A DNA stretch of 64,000 bases from Camelus ferus (taxonomy: Eukaryota). The stretch covers positions 50,656,001 through 50,720,000 of the forward strand of contig NC_045707.1 in the NCBI RefSeq assembly GCF_009834535.1, written 5' to 3'. The notes beneath the pieces are model-generated. The model was given only the letters and a program-made list of their open reading frames with translations. It did not search any database and was not told the DNA's origin. How positions within the stretch are numbered: position 1 is the stretch's first letter; every line of letters starts with the position of its first letter. Below, piece by piece: positions 11,061-25,577 of the stretch. The translations under genes were made by a program, and so were the position numbers.

Positions 11061-14000
11061 AATTCGATCAGGTCTCTGTGGTAAAGTGGGAATCTTGAGG
11101 TTAGGGTGTACTTTAAAATTAGTCTTGTTTTGTTTACATATAATGTGTCCTGCAATAATTATAAGCACTTTTCTCACCTGAAAGTTCTTACACTATTACA
11201 GCTGCAATGAGAGAGAGAGAGAACATACTTTACCTTTGGATTTAGACAGGATGAATTTGAAATTCCTAATCTTTATACTTTCCTGTATTTTGAATCATTT
11301 TTAAGAGATTTTTTAAAAATGTCTTTAAAGTGATTAATCTTAAAACCTTATTGTGTACTTAAATGTGCATATTTACATAAAGTCCCCAGATGATCAAAAA
11401 CACATCCTTCCTCAGTAATTTAATGGGTTCTGGGTAAAACAAAAAATAAAACATTGGTTTATCACTTACCCTTTTTGATAATTTGAGAATAAAACATTCT
11501 TATCTCATTTAGAGTACTCCATATTATTAGGCTGAACAGAAACACAGCTAGAGACTTAAGACATAATTCCTGTGTTTGATTAGGTTATCATCTGGATGGG
11601 AAGATGTCACAAATTCTCATAAAAAATAGAACCAAAATGTCATTCAGTGATCCACACTCAACCAAATCATTAGTGCTGTCAGAATTGAAAGGAGGAAGAG
11701 ATTTAGAGGTGATTTGTGAAGGAGAGGGAGTGGATATGTGGTCTGGGTCTTGAAAGAGGGGTCCGATAATGATGATTTCCTTTGAGAGAAGGAGGAAGAA
11801 CAATGAAAGGAAGATAGGTGGGCATTAGGAATAACAAGGAGGCTGAGAAGCAGGGCCATTTTTTCTAAATAAAGACAGGAGACTGTCTAGGAATTAAAGT
11901 TTGCCTAGAAAAGTAGATTTTAATATTTGGGTGTTACCTATGTCTTTGGGACTCTAATGAAAGCTATAAACTCACTTCAGAAAAATGCACAAATGCAAAA
12001 CCGCTAAATTACCTTATCCTATAGAAACAACTACTGTCAGTATTTTGGTACGTTGCATTCTAAACCTCCATTTCTGGTAATAGATATATAGGTATATGTA
12101 TATAAACCATCTATTTAAAAATTTATTAAAGGTTCAAATATAAAGTAAAAGAAAACTGGAAGCATATAGAGGCATAAAAAAAAAACACCTATTGGTTTTA
12201 TGTATGAATATTTATGTGTGTTTATGTACATATCTCTCCCTCCCCACAATGACTGATACAAAGTTTGGTCATTTGCAGCAACAGATTCAACTGCAGGGAC
12301 TGGAATTCATTTTGGAAACAGATATGTTATTATATTCAGAATTCTTTTCCTAGAGCAAATGTTTATCCCTTTGAATATTTTTATCTTTTCAAAATAAAAG
12401 TAGCCAATTTTCTTAATTATATTTAAATAAAACAATGTGCTCATAATAAATATTTCAAGCAATACACTGAAGTGTAAGAAAGAAAGAGAAAATTCAGATG
12501 AAATCCTACCAAAAATGGAAAGGATTTTGAACAGCAGAATAACATAATTAAATGTAGTTCTCCAACTGGTAATGTTGTGAGATGAACTGAAAGAGAAAAA
12601 GCCTAGAAGCCAGGAAATCAATTAGACAACCATGCCATCATCTGATAAATAGCTAAGGTTAAGAGGAAAACTACCACCAGCCGTGATGAGGAGAGCAAAG
12701 TTGTGTTGAGCATCTAATTTGTGCAAAGCACTACAATGAACACACTGAAGAAAATTTTAAAAACACATGACCTGTGCCCTCCAGGATCTCAACTTAGTGG
12801 AAGAAACCAGTTCATACATAACTGAGGTTCACAAAATGTGCCTGGGGAATTTGTGTGAATAAAAATTAATTCCTAGCACATGTCCTTTTCCAGCTTGCTG
12901 CTATGTTGGGGAAAATTTCAAATCCATATTTTAAATTGAGGATTAAAAGATCAGTGGTGAGCAACAGAGAATTATAGTGATACCAAAGTTTGGAAAATCA
13001 TCAAACCAACGTAAATCAGTTGATTTCAGAATGCAAAGAAAGACAGGTTTTTCAGGAAAAGAAGGGCTCTAGAGTTACAGAGAGCCTGGAGAGTGAAGGT
13101 AGACTCTTAAAAGTGGAGCCTCATAGAACATTTATCTCTTGGTGGCTGTCTGACCAGAAGGGTCAGGCCAGGGTAACATTTGTTAATGATTATTGAGTAT
13201 AGAGTTGCTTTGGAATGTATCTAAAGCTAATTTTCAGAGCAAAATTAAGATGCAGGAGTGACTGAGCTGAGATGACAGCAATAATTATTGGAAAACAAAA
13301 GGGAAAAAAGAATGAGCAAGTGAGAAAATAAAAGGTTCTACAAGTAGCAGGAGTTTTTCTCCTCAATAACATGGATTTTAGTTTCTGATTATCTGTAATG
13401 TTTTTCAGTGAATCCACTTCTTTGCATAAACACAAGAGGAATGAAATAACTAGTGTGTTTCTTTCATTTTTAATGCATTTGTCTGAAAAAAAATTAACTG
13501 TAATGCTATGCCAAAAGTAGCAGAGTTAGAAATGAACAGTTGAATTTATAATATTACTGTGATAGTATAATATTGCTGTGACTAGTATTCTAATGCAATT
13601 TTCAAATGAGACTTCTTTTTCTGACTATAGAAGGGGGAGAATATTTAAAATAAATCTTTGAGAATGCAGACATGATTAAATCATTTCATACTAAAATCTG
13701 CATCTGATTCTTCCATGGTTATTGAGGCTAGATCACTTTTTAATGTTGTATTACTCTGATAATCTGTAACAAAAAGTCTTAAAGATATGCAAATAAATAT
13801 TAATAGATGACTTACACACGGAAGCTTACATAGACTTTAGATTGAAACAGCATAGCATAGTCCCCATTTTAATTTCACTAACACCAGACAAATCCTTTTA
13901 ATAATCTAAACACAACTTCTAGGCTAAGAGGGGCGGCCATTCATTTTTTTGATTCAGTTCCAAAGTTCCTTTCAAAGTAATAAAACACCTTCTGAGGAAG

Positions 14001-16399
14001 CAGAGGATGACCTTGCTTCATTATTTAAGCAGCTCAGTTTCTGTTATTTTCCCAGCACATGAAGTTGTCTTCAAGGACATTTTTTTTCATAAAGGTCCTT
14101 AGAGGAAAGGGGTGATGTCACCATGGAAGTTGTCAAGCATGATGCTTTCCCAAAGACATTGTTCTGGGCTAGATGTTAGGAAGGAGGGACCCAAAGACAG
14201 AAATCTCCAAAGACATATCTAGATTTAGATCTAGATCCACATCTGCTCTTTTTTTAGGAAAAGACTGTGCTTTGAAAGTAATTCAAAGTGATAGACACAC
14301 ATAGAAGCAATTATAGATATCCTTTAATGTAAAAAGTACTAAGATAATAAATCACCACTATAAATTCAGAAAAGAATGAAATAAGGTGTTGTTAAATTAT
14401 ATTTATCATTTTAATTTTGTATTTTTTTTCTTCTGGTAAAGACATATGACTCATTAAATAATATAAATATCTTAAAATTATATTGAAAGTAAATGGTCAA
14501 ATAGTATGTTAGGAAAGGTCTTAGAAGATACATGTAATTAATGTCTCCATCTTGTCCCAAATTGATAGATTATATCATGCAAATTCTGGTCTAAATTTCA
14601 AGACTGTAAAAAGTTACAGGTAAACTAAAAGAATGATGGTATCAAAAAGTGCTTTTGCCATAATGACAATGCAGATTAGGTCTGCATTCTACACGGTGCA
14701 CCCAAATTGTTTGGGTCAGGTATCTATTTTATTTAAACATTTAAGCTCCCTCAAATCCTGTTTCTCATTAATTTTACTTCAAAGAATTATACTAAATAGC
14801 CCTCAGTACTGTCTACTTCTTTTCTAAGCTATTGCAAAACCCTTGATTATTTTTCTCACCTGCTCACTCCACTCTAGGTGAGCAAGCAGGTTCCTGCTTC
14901 TTAATTTTTCTTTCTTCTCATGCTCACTCACCTTCTGCCCACTCTTCTCACAATCTGGTCCTGACTTTCCTAACACCAAGCTCTTTCCTGACTCTTTTTG
15001 ACCCTCAGCCCAATGCACTGGCCCTTGATCTTTTTAAGCTTGTTTTACCTGACCATTCTAAGTCCCCACATACACTTCGAGTTATCTCCTCCTGGAAAAC
15101 TTTCATTCTAGTTCACTATCTAAATTCTTACCAGCCGTGCTAAGCTAAAAGTTCAGTTATTTAGGTCTATAACTAGTGACCATTTTTTAAATAACCCTCA
15201 TTGTCAGCTGATACTTTATCAGTATAACATATTAAATATGGAAAGCCTCATGAAAAAAATTAAACGTTGTATCATGGAAGAAAATCAATAACCTAACCAA
15301 TTTTTCATGTAGTTATTTTGTTTTTTAATTTTTAAATATCTTAAAAACAGTCTACACTGTAGCAGTCACTAAAGGGTCTCTTAGCTCTCCAACTTTTTTA
15401 TACTCACTGAAATTCAGAACTACTTTCATTTCAAGCTCAGTGTCTTCATAAAGTAAAAACTGGGCGAGACAAAAAGTCAATATGAATTTGAAAAGGTCTT
15501 TATTTTCCAAAGTGTCTTAAGGTGGATCCTTAATTATGTCATGTTGAGAAGAATTTCATTCTACGTGGTTAACAGAAGGACTTTTGTCAGTCAAAGCCAC
15601 AAAATGTGCCTGGAGAATGTTCAGCTATTTTGAAAATAAATGTCAGGACTTCAGCTCCCTGTTTCTCTTGCCGCAGGCTAACATTACTTAGCTATATAAT
15701 ACTCATTAGCACTGGCCCTATATATTAACCCCATCAAAGATGTGTAAACAAACTGGGACACAGTTCCTGCTAACCAGCTTCCAATTCTCTAATGTCACAC
15801 CCATTAAAAAAAAACTGACTTTGGTTTTTTTCCCTTAATGTCACATTTTCTGACTGAGCAATTTACTATAGATTCATATCTAGTCATAAAAAAAAGACAA
15901 CAGAAAAGTAACTAATATTTTTCAGTCAGTGATGCTGGTCTATTAAATATGACAGAGACAAAAGAAAATGTAGACTGGATGGAGAAGAGATGAAGCTAGC
16001 ATTATAAGGCCTTTAGAATTATAATTCCAGTGATGGTAACATACTAAAGGTCTCTGTCCTTTTACTTGCTGTCTTCATTTTGCAACATTTAAGTGTATTC
16101 ATAATTTCAAGGTAGTCATTGAATGTTCAAGAACAAATTAGCATGTTTAACTTAAATTATACTCTGCAGTAGCATAAGGAGAAAATAGTCCCCAAATCAG
16201 ATAGTCAATAGCTCTATGATTTCTACTTAAGATATCCTCACTGCAGATTAAAATAATTCAGCTTATTTTATAAACTGCATGAGAAGGCATTTGAAGTTGA
16301 ACCAGGTGCATATATGGAAAGAAGGAAGGGAGCAGTGGTGGGTAATACTGTTTATTTTCTATCCATGAAGTTCTTTAACTTATTTATGCAGCTATATCG

Positions 16400-16790
16400 T
16401 CTCCATTTTCAAAATTTATATGTAAGGATGTTTATCATGGCATTGTATACAGTAGCAAAAAAATAGAAACCACTTGAAAGTCCTATACTAAGAGATTAAT
16501 TGATCAACAAAAATGTTGGCAAAACAGAATATTATACAGCTGTTAAATGATACTGAGATATCATTATAAGTAAGAGAATAAGATCATAAAATATTATCTT
16601 ATAAGATAACTATATGAGTAGTTATTTAGTGTGCATAAATATGTACATGTATTACAATTTTTATTTATATATAAGTAGTGGGAGACCATGTACAAAAATA
16701 AAAACATGCTTTATCTTAGTGTGATGGGATTACTTCTTTTTCTTGAGTACATTGTTAAAATTCCTATAGTTAACATGTTACAAGTATTAC
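16400..16790 (+). mobile_element. Ancient L1 (L1ME-like) 3' fragments
   Basis: aaggatgtttatcatggcattgtatacagtagcaaaaaaatagaaaccacttgaaagtcc. Confidence 0.55.
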
Positions 16791-18189
16791 TTTTCTAAAA
16801 TATATTTTAAGTAAGATCGATGTCCTTCAGGAAAAAAGATAAAAAAATATATTATGCTTACAATGTATGTGTACATATATATACATATATGGTTCTGTAT
16901 GTGTGTATATGTATCACACATACATAAGTACACATAATACATATATAAATTCTCTACCTGATTTAAGATATATCACTGAAAGTATCTCCTAACACAAAAT
17001 TGCTTCTGATTCTAGATTGATAGGATTCTAAATACATGATTGACAAAATAATTTTCACTTCCATATTTCATTCAAGCGTAGCCAAAGCAGAAATGAGCTA
17101 GTCCTTAGAAGTTTGAGTTCCATAGCCTTGCTCTAATCTTGTAGGCATTAATTCAAGGTTGGATACTTTTTCAATTTTCCTTTTAATCAAGTCTATGAGC
17201 CAGAAACCAGGAAATGAGATCACAGCAGCTGAGTTGCAGCTGTAGTCCCTCACCTCCAAAACTGAAGATGAGGCTTATCAGGAGTACAAAGTTCATCTAG
17301 TCAAAAATAAGGATGAAAAAAATCATACTACACAGCACACACACACACACGCACACACACACATATACACTACAGTGTTTCACAAGATTCAGTCACAATT
17401 CTCAAAAAATATTTTAATATGTGAAATCATTTTGTTTCTACTTTTTAAAAAAATCATGTAACCAAACGTATCTTTTTAAAATGGAAGACTAAAAAGAGAA
17501 GAAAAATTCCCACAATCCCCTCATTCTAATAAAACCACAAGTGGAATTATGAAAATATTTTTGTTTAACTATAATTATTAAAAACCGTAAGTTCAATTAT
17601 GAGTTTATCTTCATTATATCATCATTACCAACCTGAATATTCAAATGTACATAATAGGTAAAATCCTTCTGGGTTTTCATGACTTTAAATTTGTTCTCTT
17701 GCAGCACCTATGAGTCCATACCTCTTTATTATAATTTTCATGGGCCCCTATATTTTTCCATTAAAACATGTAACTATTTTATTTTAATTTTATTGTATTG
17801 ATACCTCTGCTCAGTAAGGTCATAAGCAATTTGAGTACAAGGACTGTCCTAGCTTTTGCTCATTATGGTATCTCTGGCCCCCAGTTCAATGCTAGGCACA
17901 AAATAGGGCTGTATCATATAATTACCAATGAATGAATGGCAATTACCCAAAGAATGAATGATAATCCTCTTTCCTGAGTCAGTATCATTCGATTCACTTT
18001 GAAACTTGATTTTGAAACTTTTAACTTCTTTTAAACTAAATATCCCTTTTTACAGTGTTTCCTTTCCATTTTGCTTTGGGGAATAATAATAGCTATTTTG
18101 TAGAGTTATTTAAAAAATTATCCATCTAGCAGAATGCCTATTCATGAGTGAATAATACTTGCCATTGTGGTATATTGGAAACACCATAT

Positions 18190-18400
18190 ATTCTGGAATA
18201 AATTAACCTTTGAACCATTGAATGGTTCATCAAATGCTTGCCCAATTATATACCTGTGTGATATAGATAAGCTATCATAACTTCTTTGAGCTTCAGTACA
18301 AACATCTATAAAATCAAAAATATACAACTTAACTAGCCAGCCTTGTAGTTGTGGATAAAAAGTAACATGCATAAAGCACCTTGTATGCGGAAAGAATTTC
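18190..18400 (+). mobile_element. MIR SINE (donor arm of the inverted repeat)
   Basis: ctgtgtgatatagataagctatcataacttctttgagcttcagtacaaacatctataaaatc...gttgtggataaaaagtaacatgcataaagcacc. Confidence 0.7.
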
Positions 18401-19309
18401 CATAATATTAGTTCCAACCCCAACATACTTAGACATTAATACTAAATAGCAACCAAGTGACATTAGGTATCTACTTTGTACAGGATTTCATGTTTCATAC
18501 CCCATTTAGGAAATTATCACCCTGAATAAATGATCTGTGAACCTAACGCTGACTATGAAATTGTCTCAGTATCATGGACTGCCTTTACCAAAATGACAGA
18601 TAATTGGCTCCTGCAAGAGTTTCACTTGCAGCATAAGATCACTAATGCAAACAATCCACACCATCTCCAGAGGAAAAAGTAGAAGGCTATAGAAGCTATA
18701 GACATGATGAAAAATCATCAATTGTGGTGAAGATAATTTAGCAAAGCAACAAAATCCACACATTAATTAATAAGAGTGTCTACAGTTTGCCATTCAAAGC
18801 AAATGGCCAAGATCTTAGAATCATTTTACAAGCAACGTAACAACAGGTCTTTGAATCAGCTGCAAGAAAACATGATTTATTCAGCAATACCCCTGATGAC
18901 ATATCCAATCGTTCTTTCCAGAATTAGCAGACTCATACTTCACAGGTATTCAACTGAAGGTAACTGAGGTCTCAGCATAAAAAATAACATTATAGGGTTT
19001 ACACAGTCATTAGATCACATATGTGGTTTCTATTGTCATTGACTAAACTTTATTTTTAAAATAACTGCTTCTTTTGTTCTGGGATAACAGGAAACAGCAT
19101 GAAAATAAATGAAGTTCTCACACAAAATTTAAATACCTGACACTTTGAATATCTTTTCTCACAAAACTAACAAAAACAATAAAACAATATTTATCAGTCA
19201 ATAAATGGATGCCACTTTTCATACATTATCTTATTGAATAAGCTAACACTGTATATGTTTTGATTTTATAGATGTTTGTACTGAAGCTCAAAGAAGTTAG
19301 GACAGCTTA
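18268..19309. repeat. Inverted repeat pair (arms 18268-18326 and 19250-19309)
   Basis: 18278-18319 is the exact reverse complement of 19258-19299 (42 bp). Confidence 0.95.
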
Positions 19310-19420
19310 ATACAATCCTGTGACCACTGTCTTATTATTAACCTCAATTTACAGATGAGGGAAGTGGGGTTTACAGAAGGTGAGAAATTTACCCGAGTTG
19401 CACAGTTGGTAACTGGCAAA
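19215..19420 (-). mobile_element. MIR SINE carrying a ~70-bp internal insertion
   Basis: ttttcatacattatcttattgaat[insert]acaatcctgtgacc...aatttacagatgaggg...tttacccgagttgcacagttggtaactggc. Confidence 0.7.
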
Positions 19421-21981
19421 CTCCAATGAATGTACCATTTATCCATCTCCAAAACTGCTCTTTGCCATTCTCATCCAGGAACTGCTAACAAGAATCCACA
19501 CTACATGATGAGAGTTTCCTATCATAGAGAGTACATGGACGACCAAGAAAATAATTAAAAGGCAGTCACTTGAAGGAAGAAACATCAAAAAGAAGGATGG
19601 TGTATAGATTTTAGAAGTGAAGTTAACATTAGAGATCACTTTGCCCAATCTCTTCATCCGAGTGAGGTCAAGATAGGAAGATTGGGAAGACTGAGCCCAG
19701 CCTGGCATCTTCCCATAATGCCTTTGAATAAAAGCCTTAATAATATTTCTTCCTAACCAATTGAGAGGAGATTCCACCCTACTTCAGACCAGTACCTTGA
19801 TTTTGTAAGAATTTAATCATTTAAATAATGTGCTATGTATCTTTCCTCTTAATTGTTCTGAAATAAATTGCCATGTCAGCAAGACCTATGCTTTAGCCAT
19901 TCTCTCTGGACAAGGAAATGAAACATTGTATGAATGGGGTAATTTTCTTCACTAATGAAGTGGGAAAATAATTAGTTAGTGAAACTACATTTAGCATATT
20001 TATAGAGTCATTTATATACTACTAAAAAAAAAAAAAGATACAACAGTATTCAACCCACTTGTGGCTGCATCATGATTTAAGAACACAAGTAAACCCTTTG
20101 ACATTAGTTCCAAGATTCCTAGGTGTAGGAGAAAGGGAAAGTTGGGGATTAACAGGAAATAAGTACAGTTTAGCTTCGTGTTACCCTAGTCCCTGGTTTA
20201 CTCCTCATGCTCTCAGCAATTAGATTTTTAGTTTGTCTCACTTGTCTTCTTGCTGAATTCTAAAGAGATTACTATTTCTTTCTATGGATACATTTGATCT
20301 CCTCAAACTATTATGCCTCAGCTCTACCTATTTTTTTTGAGGATATTTTGACCCCTTTATCTCTTGTTGCAATACTTGCATGGCCAATATGTTGTTCTAA
20401 CCCAATTCATAACAATTTGATATGTAGGGAATTCATTCATGCATTCCTCCAACAAATATTTATTTCATGGCAAGTGCATGTTAGGAGATGACCATGTAAT
20501 TGTGAACATGTAATTGTCCAAAGTCTCAGGGAGTTTAAAATACTTAAGAAAGAGCTATGTGCAGGGTGTTATGGAAGAAATTGGCCCAGTATGGTTGCCA
20601 CAGATGTATTCTTCACAGAATAATACTAAACTGAGGCTCAAAAAATCAGTAAGAAATTTAGCAAGGTAAAGAGCTAGAAGGACTCAGCATTGTAGCAAGA
20701 AATAGTAAGCAGGTATTCCCTTGAAATCTAAAGGAAGCAGTATCAAAGTGCCAAAGGATTAGGCATACTCGTAATGTATAAAACTAACAAAGGACTGTCT
20801 TTCAATTATTGTCAGCTAAAGTGAGCAATGGTAATGGTTTTCAAAGCATAGCACTACTATCATTTCCTCTAAAACCTTGGGCTGCTCTCACTTTCTTTAT
20901 CTGTAACTGAGGATATATTGCCTCAAATTACACATAGTACTTGTGATGATTAAGTGAGAAAATCCTATGTCACACATGGAGTATAAAAATTCTTGCAAAA
21001 GTATTTTACTGTTACAAATTAATTTCTAGGTCTAGATTAGGTCATACTGGTAGAAAACTGGAGCAATCTGCTCACAGAAAAGACAGGAGGTCATTTAAGT
21101 TTATATATATATTTACATATATAATTACTTCTATGCCTATATTAATTTATATTATATGTATATATCTCCTTGAGCACGACAGTTTCGGCATAAAAGAGAA
21201 AATGAATGAAGCATCACAACACTGAGAAGTTAAGACAGGTAAGGCAAGTACTGAATAAAAGAATGCCATTCATGTTTTTGACCATGACCTAAAGTTACTT
21301 TTGTCCTTAGAACTTCCCATCTTAAATGGAACTTGGTATTCCTTTTGTGCCCTCGGTTAAACCCTGGGTCTCATATCATTCTTCTCAAATCATCTTCTCA
21401 TATCTCCTCTCGACACAAATGCATAGTTATTGAGTCCAGACTGAAAAGCACAAGTCTCTGAACAGTCTGTATTATGTTTACTTTAATGATGCCCCCTCCT
21501 CACTCAAATATATGCAGTGTTTTACTTTAAAAAGGCACTTTCCCAGCTGAAGACTGATTTCTTCCAACTGCAAAAGGAGCTTTAACATTTCTTTCTGGAA
21601 GTCTAAAGAGAAATGCTAATTATTTACTAGAGTACAGGTGGCTTACTAATCTGTTTAATGTTTACCAGAATCTGACTTTTCTTTTTTTCTAACGAGCCAC
21701 TCTGCAATAGGCTCCAATACGGAATATTCAATGTTTCTGTTTAATCATATTTTTATCTTAACTACTTATGGGAACAAGTCTTGAGAAGGAAAGATAAATA
21801 AAATGTTGTCATGTTAAACTGTTAGCTTTATGCAAGCCAATATCTACAAGGCTTTTTCTTAATTTCCATGGTGTCTATTAGGTGATTTACTGTGTTATGA
21901 GGACCATGAGCTCTTCTAACCTCTGAGTCCCTTGACACAGTCTTTTCCTACTGACTCCTCTGTGCCTAATGCCAGGCCTAC

Positions 21982-22607
21982 TGATACCAGACCTAACTTG
22001 GGTATGTTTACCCGTGTCAAGCCACTTTATTGGCACCAGTCTGTGGTGAAGGAAAGTGCAGTATTTATTGTAGGTGCCAAATAAGGAGTCTGGACAGCTA
22101 GTGCTCAAAAGATCCAAACTCCCTGATGACTTTTAGGGAAAGGTTTTTAAAGATAGGGTGAGGAAGAGGGTTGCAGGGTGGACAGCTCGTGGACATTCTT
22201 CTGATTGGTTGGTGGTGAGGTAACCAGGAGTCAACATCATCAACCTACTGGTTGCAATCAGTCTGGGGTCTATATGCTTGTGGTTAACATGCAGTTAACA
22301 GTCTTCCACCTGGTGGGGGGGTCTCAGTATATGCAAAATAGCTCAAGGATATGGCTCAGAATATGAAGTTCAGCCCTTGAAGAGGAACTAAAGGTCCTTG
22401 ATTTGTTTAATGGCTAAATGATCATTATTTTGTCTAGCTTGACTGTTATCCTTTGTTTCTGCATTTTTTCACTTCTCTGATTAAATTTATTCTTTGAAAC
22501 TCAGGGAAGGCCTAGGAGATGAAAGTTTTTTTTTACAAACAAAAGGCAGGCAGAGGACGTGGGGAGGTCTGTCCCAGGAGGGCCCCATAAGGTCCTACTC
22601 AGTTATA
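21982..22607 (-). mobile_element. ERV1-type solo LTR
   Basis: TG start and gttata end (decayed CA); flanks ctac/ccac form a 4-bp TSD with 1 mismatch. On the minus strand: CCAAT ~22204-22208, TTAAAAA ~22144-22150, AATAAA ~22064-22069, in LTR order. Confidence 0.8.
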
Positions 22608-25119
22608 CCACCACTGAAGGAGTTTTGGATGGGTGAAAGGATAAAGGGACAAAGGAACAAATGAATCTTCTTAGGAAGAGAAGATACGCATACGTATAGA
22701 AACAAACATGAGTTAGCACTAAGCAGTACGTAGCCAAGTGTGAAAAAAAAAAAAGTGGGATTGACATCGTGTCTTCAGTTCTTAGAAAAATCCAACTGGC
22801 TCCTGATAGTTTGTGGACTTCGAAATAGCATTAACTTGAAATAAGGGTATTGTTTAAGTTAAAATAGCTGCTTAGATACAATGGTTCTTTACATTAAGGA
22901 AACAAACTAACACTGTTTCTATCAGCAAATTTTCAGTAACTCTATTACTTTTCTACTGTGACATCCAATTTAATAAATACTATTGACCAATAGCATGTGT
23001 CATGTGACTGTTTCTTATAATTGACTGGAATTGTTGCAGTTTAATTCTAGACATCTCATGCCTGCCAGAAGCTCTGATTCATACATGTGAAATTAATTTA
23101 AAAAATGGAAAACTACTTTATTATTTGATTGTGTCCAGACTTTTTCTAAATGTGGGGTTGACAAAAGGACGAAGAAATAACAGATGGTTAAAAAAATGAA
23201 GAATCTAAAAAAACTACTGTCTAATGATAGTAGTTCCTCTCTTTAAAAATCTGTTTTTTCTGTTTATAATAGTAATGCACACATATTAATTGCTAGATAT
23301 ATAGTCTAACATTTAAAACATGTAAAATATGATTTCCAAAACTGTACAAAAATGTACACATGCTTATTTTTCTAATCAAAAATTAGAGAAGTGAATATTG
23401 TAGACAGGAAAAGTCCTCCATAAAACAGTAGAAAGTCCTAATTCTATAGCAAGACAGATTTGGGGGCCTGAAGGTCTTAAAAGGACTGCCCTGTCTACCC
23501 AGCAGAAAAGTTAGTAATCCAAAAAAAGACTTATTACATCATTTCATTTCACCTATAAATGCAAAATTAAAACAGAATTTTCCATTCTGTTAGATATAAT
23601 CATCTGATGGGATCATAATAACTGGTATGATCAAATAAACCAAATGAGATAAAGTAACCCATGTTCTGACATCCTTGACTTTAGAGTCTGGGATTTGTTA
23701 ATTCTATCTTTCCAATTACCTGTTGGTGGCACTTGAGAGCAGAGTAATTCAGCTCCTTCAGGGGCAAGTCCATTTGGGGAAGCAGCCTCTACAGGAACAC
23801 TACCACATAGGTTGCAATAACCCTTTCTCTTTCTTTGACTAGAGGATTTGCCAGTTTTAACTTTAAGACAGATGCTGTCAAACAAGGACCCTCCAAAACA
23901 TACTGGAACAGCTTGGCCTGATCATAATCATTCCTCTTACATAAGACTCATTGGCTCCCTTCTCCTCTGATAAAGACAGTGCTGATTGATTCATAACTGC
24001 AGTGTCTTTTGCCTTAACTATCTTCATCTTGGTAGGTGGCACACTGCAACAATGTCTACTACTACTTTTTATCCCTCATTTTTATTTTCTAAACCTCAAT
24101 CCTCTGCTTCTAGCTATTCTCAAAAGATTTCATTTTGTTTAGTATCATCCTGAATCATTTTCTTTCATTCAACAAATGTTTATTTATTTAGGACCACCAC
24201 GTGCATAGAACATGCAAAGGTGAGAGGGAATATGGAGAGGAGAACCTAAGTAGAAAGGAGAAACAAATATGATTGCATTCATAAGGTGCTTTGAATTAGC
24301 ATAACCATGTGCGTAAATAACTATATTGTGAGGTTTTTAAAAAGTGGCAATTACCAAAAAAGGAAAACAAAGAAATATCAAGAAAATTTAGAAGAAAAAG
24401 AAATAACAACCACTTAAAGAGATCCTATTAGGTTTCCTGGAAATAAACCTGGCATTGAAGGGCTTGGAGCATGTGATCACAGTGCAATAAAGGGAAAAGG
24501 ACTTCAAGGCTGATATAAACACTGAAGAGCAAATTTTTCTTTAATGAAAAAAAAATTCCATAATAGACAAGTAACCAAACTTGTAAGCAGAAAAGCTAAA
24601 ACTCTTAGTGTAAAAGGCAAGTGTGGGGAAAAAAAAATAACATTGTTCATAGCACTTCAAGTGTGTATGTACAAAATCTGTTAATAGCTGCTTAAAATGA
24701 AAATACAAAAAGTCAGAAAAATCCCCCTAAGATTTATGATTAGCCATAGTTGTAATCAATGTAATACATCTTAAAGGACTATGGGGACCAGACATGGGTT
24801 TCTAGAGTAGGCAACCAACAGAGATGGCTTTGGGTAGGGAGCCACAATCCTGGGATCATACACAGTATTAAAGATAGTTGAGACAGGAGACTCACCTTCT
24901 TGGAATGATGTAAAGAACAGCAGGAGGGTGACGGACCCCAAATGATCTCTCCCCTTAAAAGGTGAGAGGGACTGAAACTCTAGAATTAGGAACTAATTAT
25001 TGACAGTTATACTCTTGGATATACTCACTCATACAACAGGCTGTCCTTGAGCACCTACCTACTTCATGACAGGTGCTGTGCTCTATCAAAGAGACAAAAT
25101 GGGAAAAGATAATCCAACA

Positions 25120-25505
25120 TATAATGTTCTTTCCTCTGCCTGGATTGTCCTCCCCACCCCTCCTCCCCACCACACACGCATTCCACTGTTCTCCAGCTGG
25201 CTCTTCAAAATCCTTCCAGCCTCAGTTCCAATTCATATAGTCCCCTTCCATTCCTGGTCTAAAGACAGACTCCTCTTCTGTTTTCTTTCATGGAAGTTTA
25301 CTCTTTTTCTTCAGCACATTGCTCCCAACCTATAGTTGTATTATTTTCTGTATGTGTTTTAATCTCTGTCTTTCAGAATAGAATAGCCTTTTCTCCGAGG
25401 GCAGAAACTCAATCTGTTTTGTTTACCATTCTATAGTCATCATCTTGAAAAGTAATGTCACAGTGTGGATGCTTCAAAATTGATGATGAACAAATTAATG
25501 AGCAT
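25120..25505 (+). mobile_element. L2 LINE 3' fragment
   Basis: tgttctttcctctgcctggattgtcctcccc...gagggcagaaactcaatctgttttgtttacc. Confidence 0.65.
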
Positions 25506-25577
25506 GCTGTTGAAGAGGAAAACCACAACCTGAACTGAGAATTAAGTACATGCTGAACTATGGCTTCCCACATGTTA

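Noticed and set aside
23631..23885. ORF with RKRKGYCNLC, resembling the start of a DBF4-type zinc finger; a possible AG/GT-bounded 155-nt exon at 23720-23874 (minus strand)
   Set aside because: The downstream histidine ligands are missing, the acceptor is weak and there are no partner exons, so it cannot be supported as a CDS.
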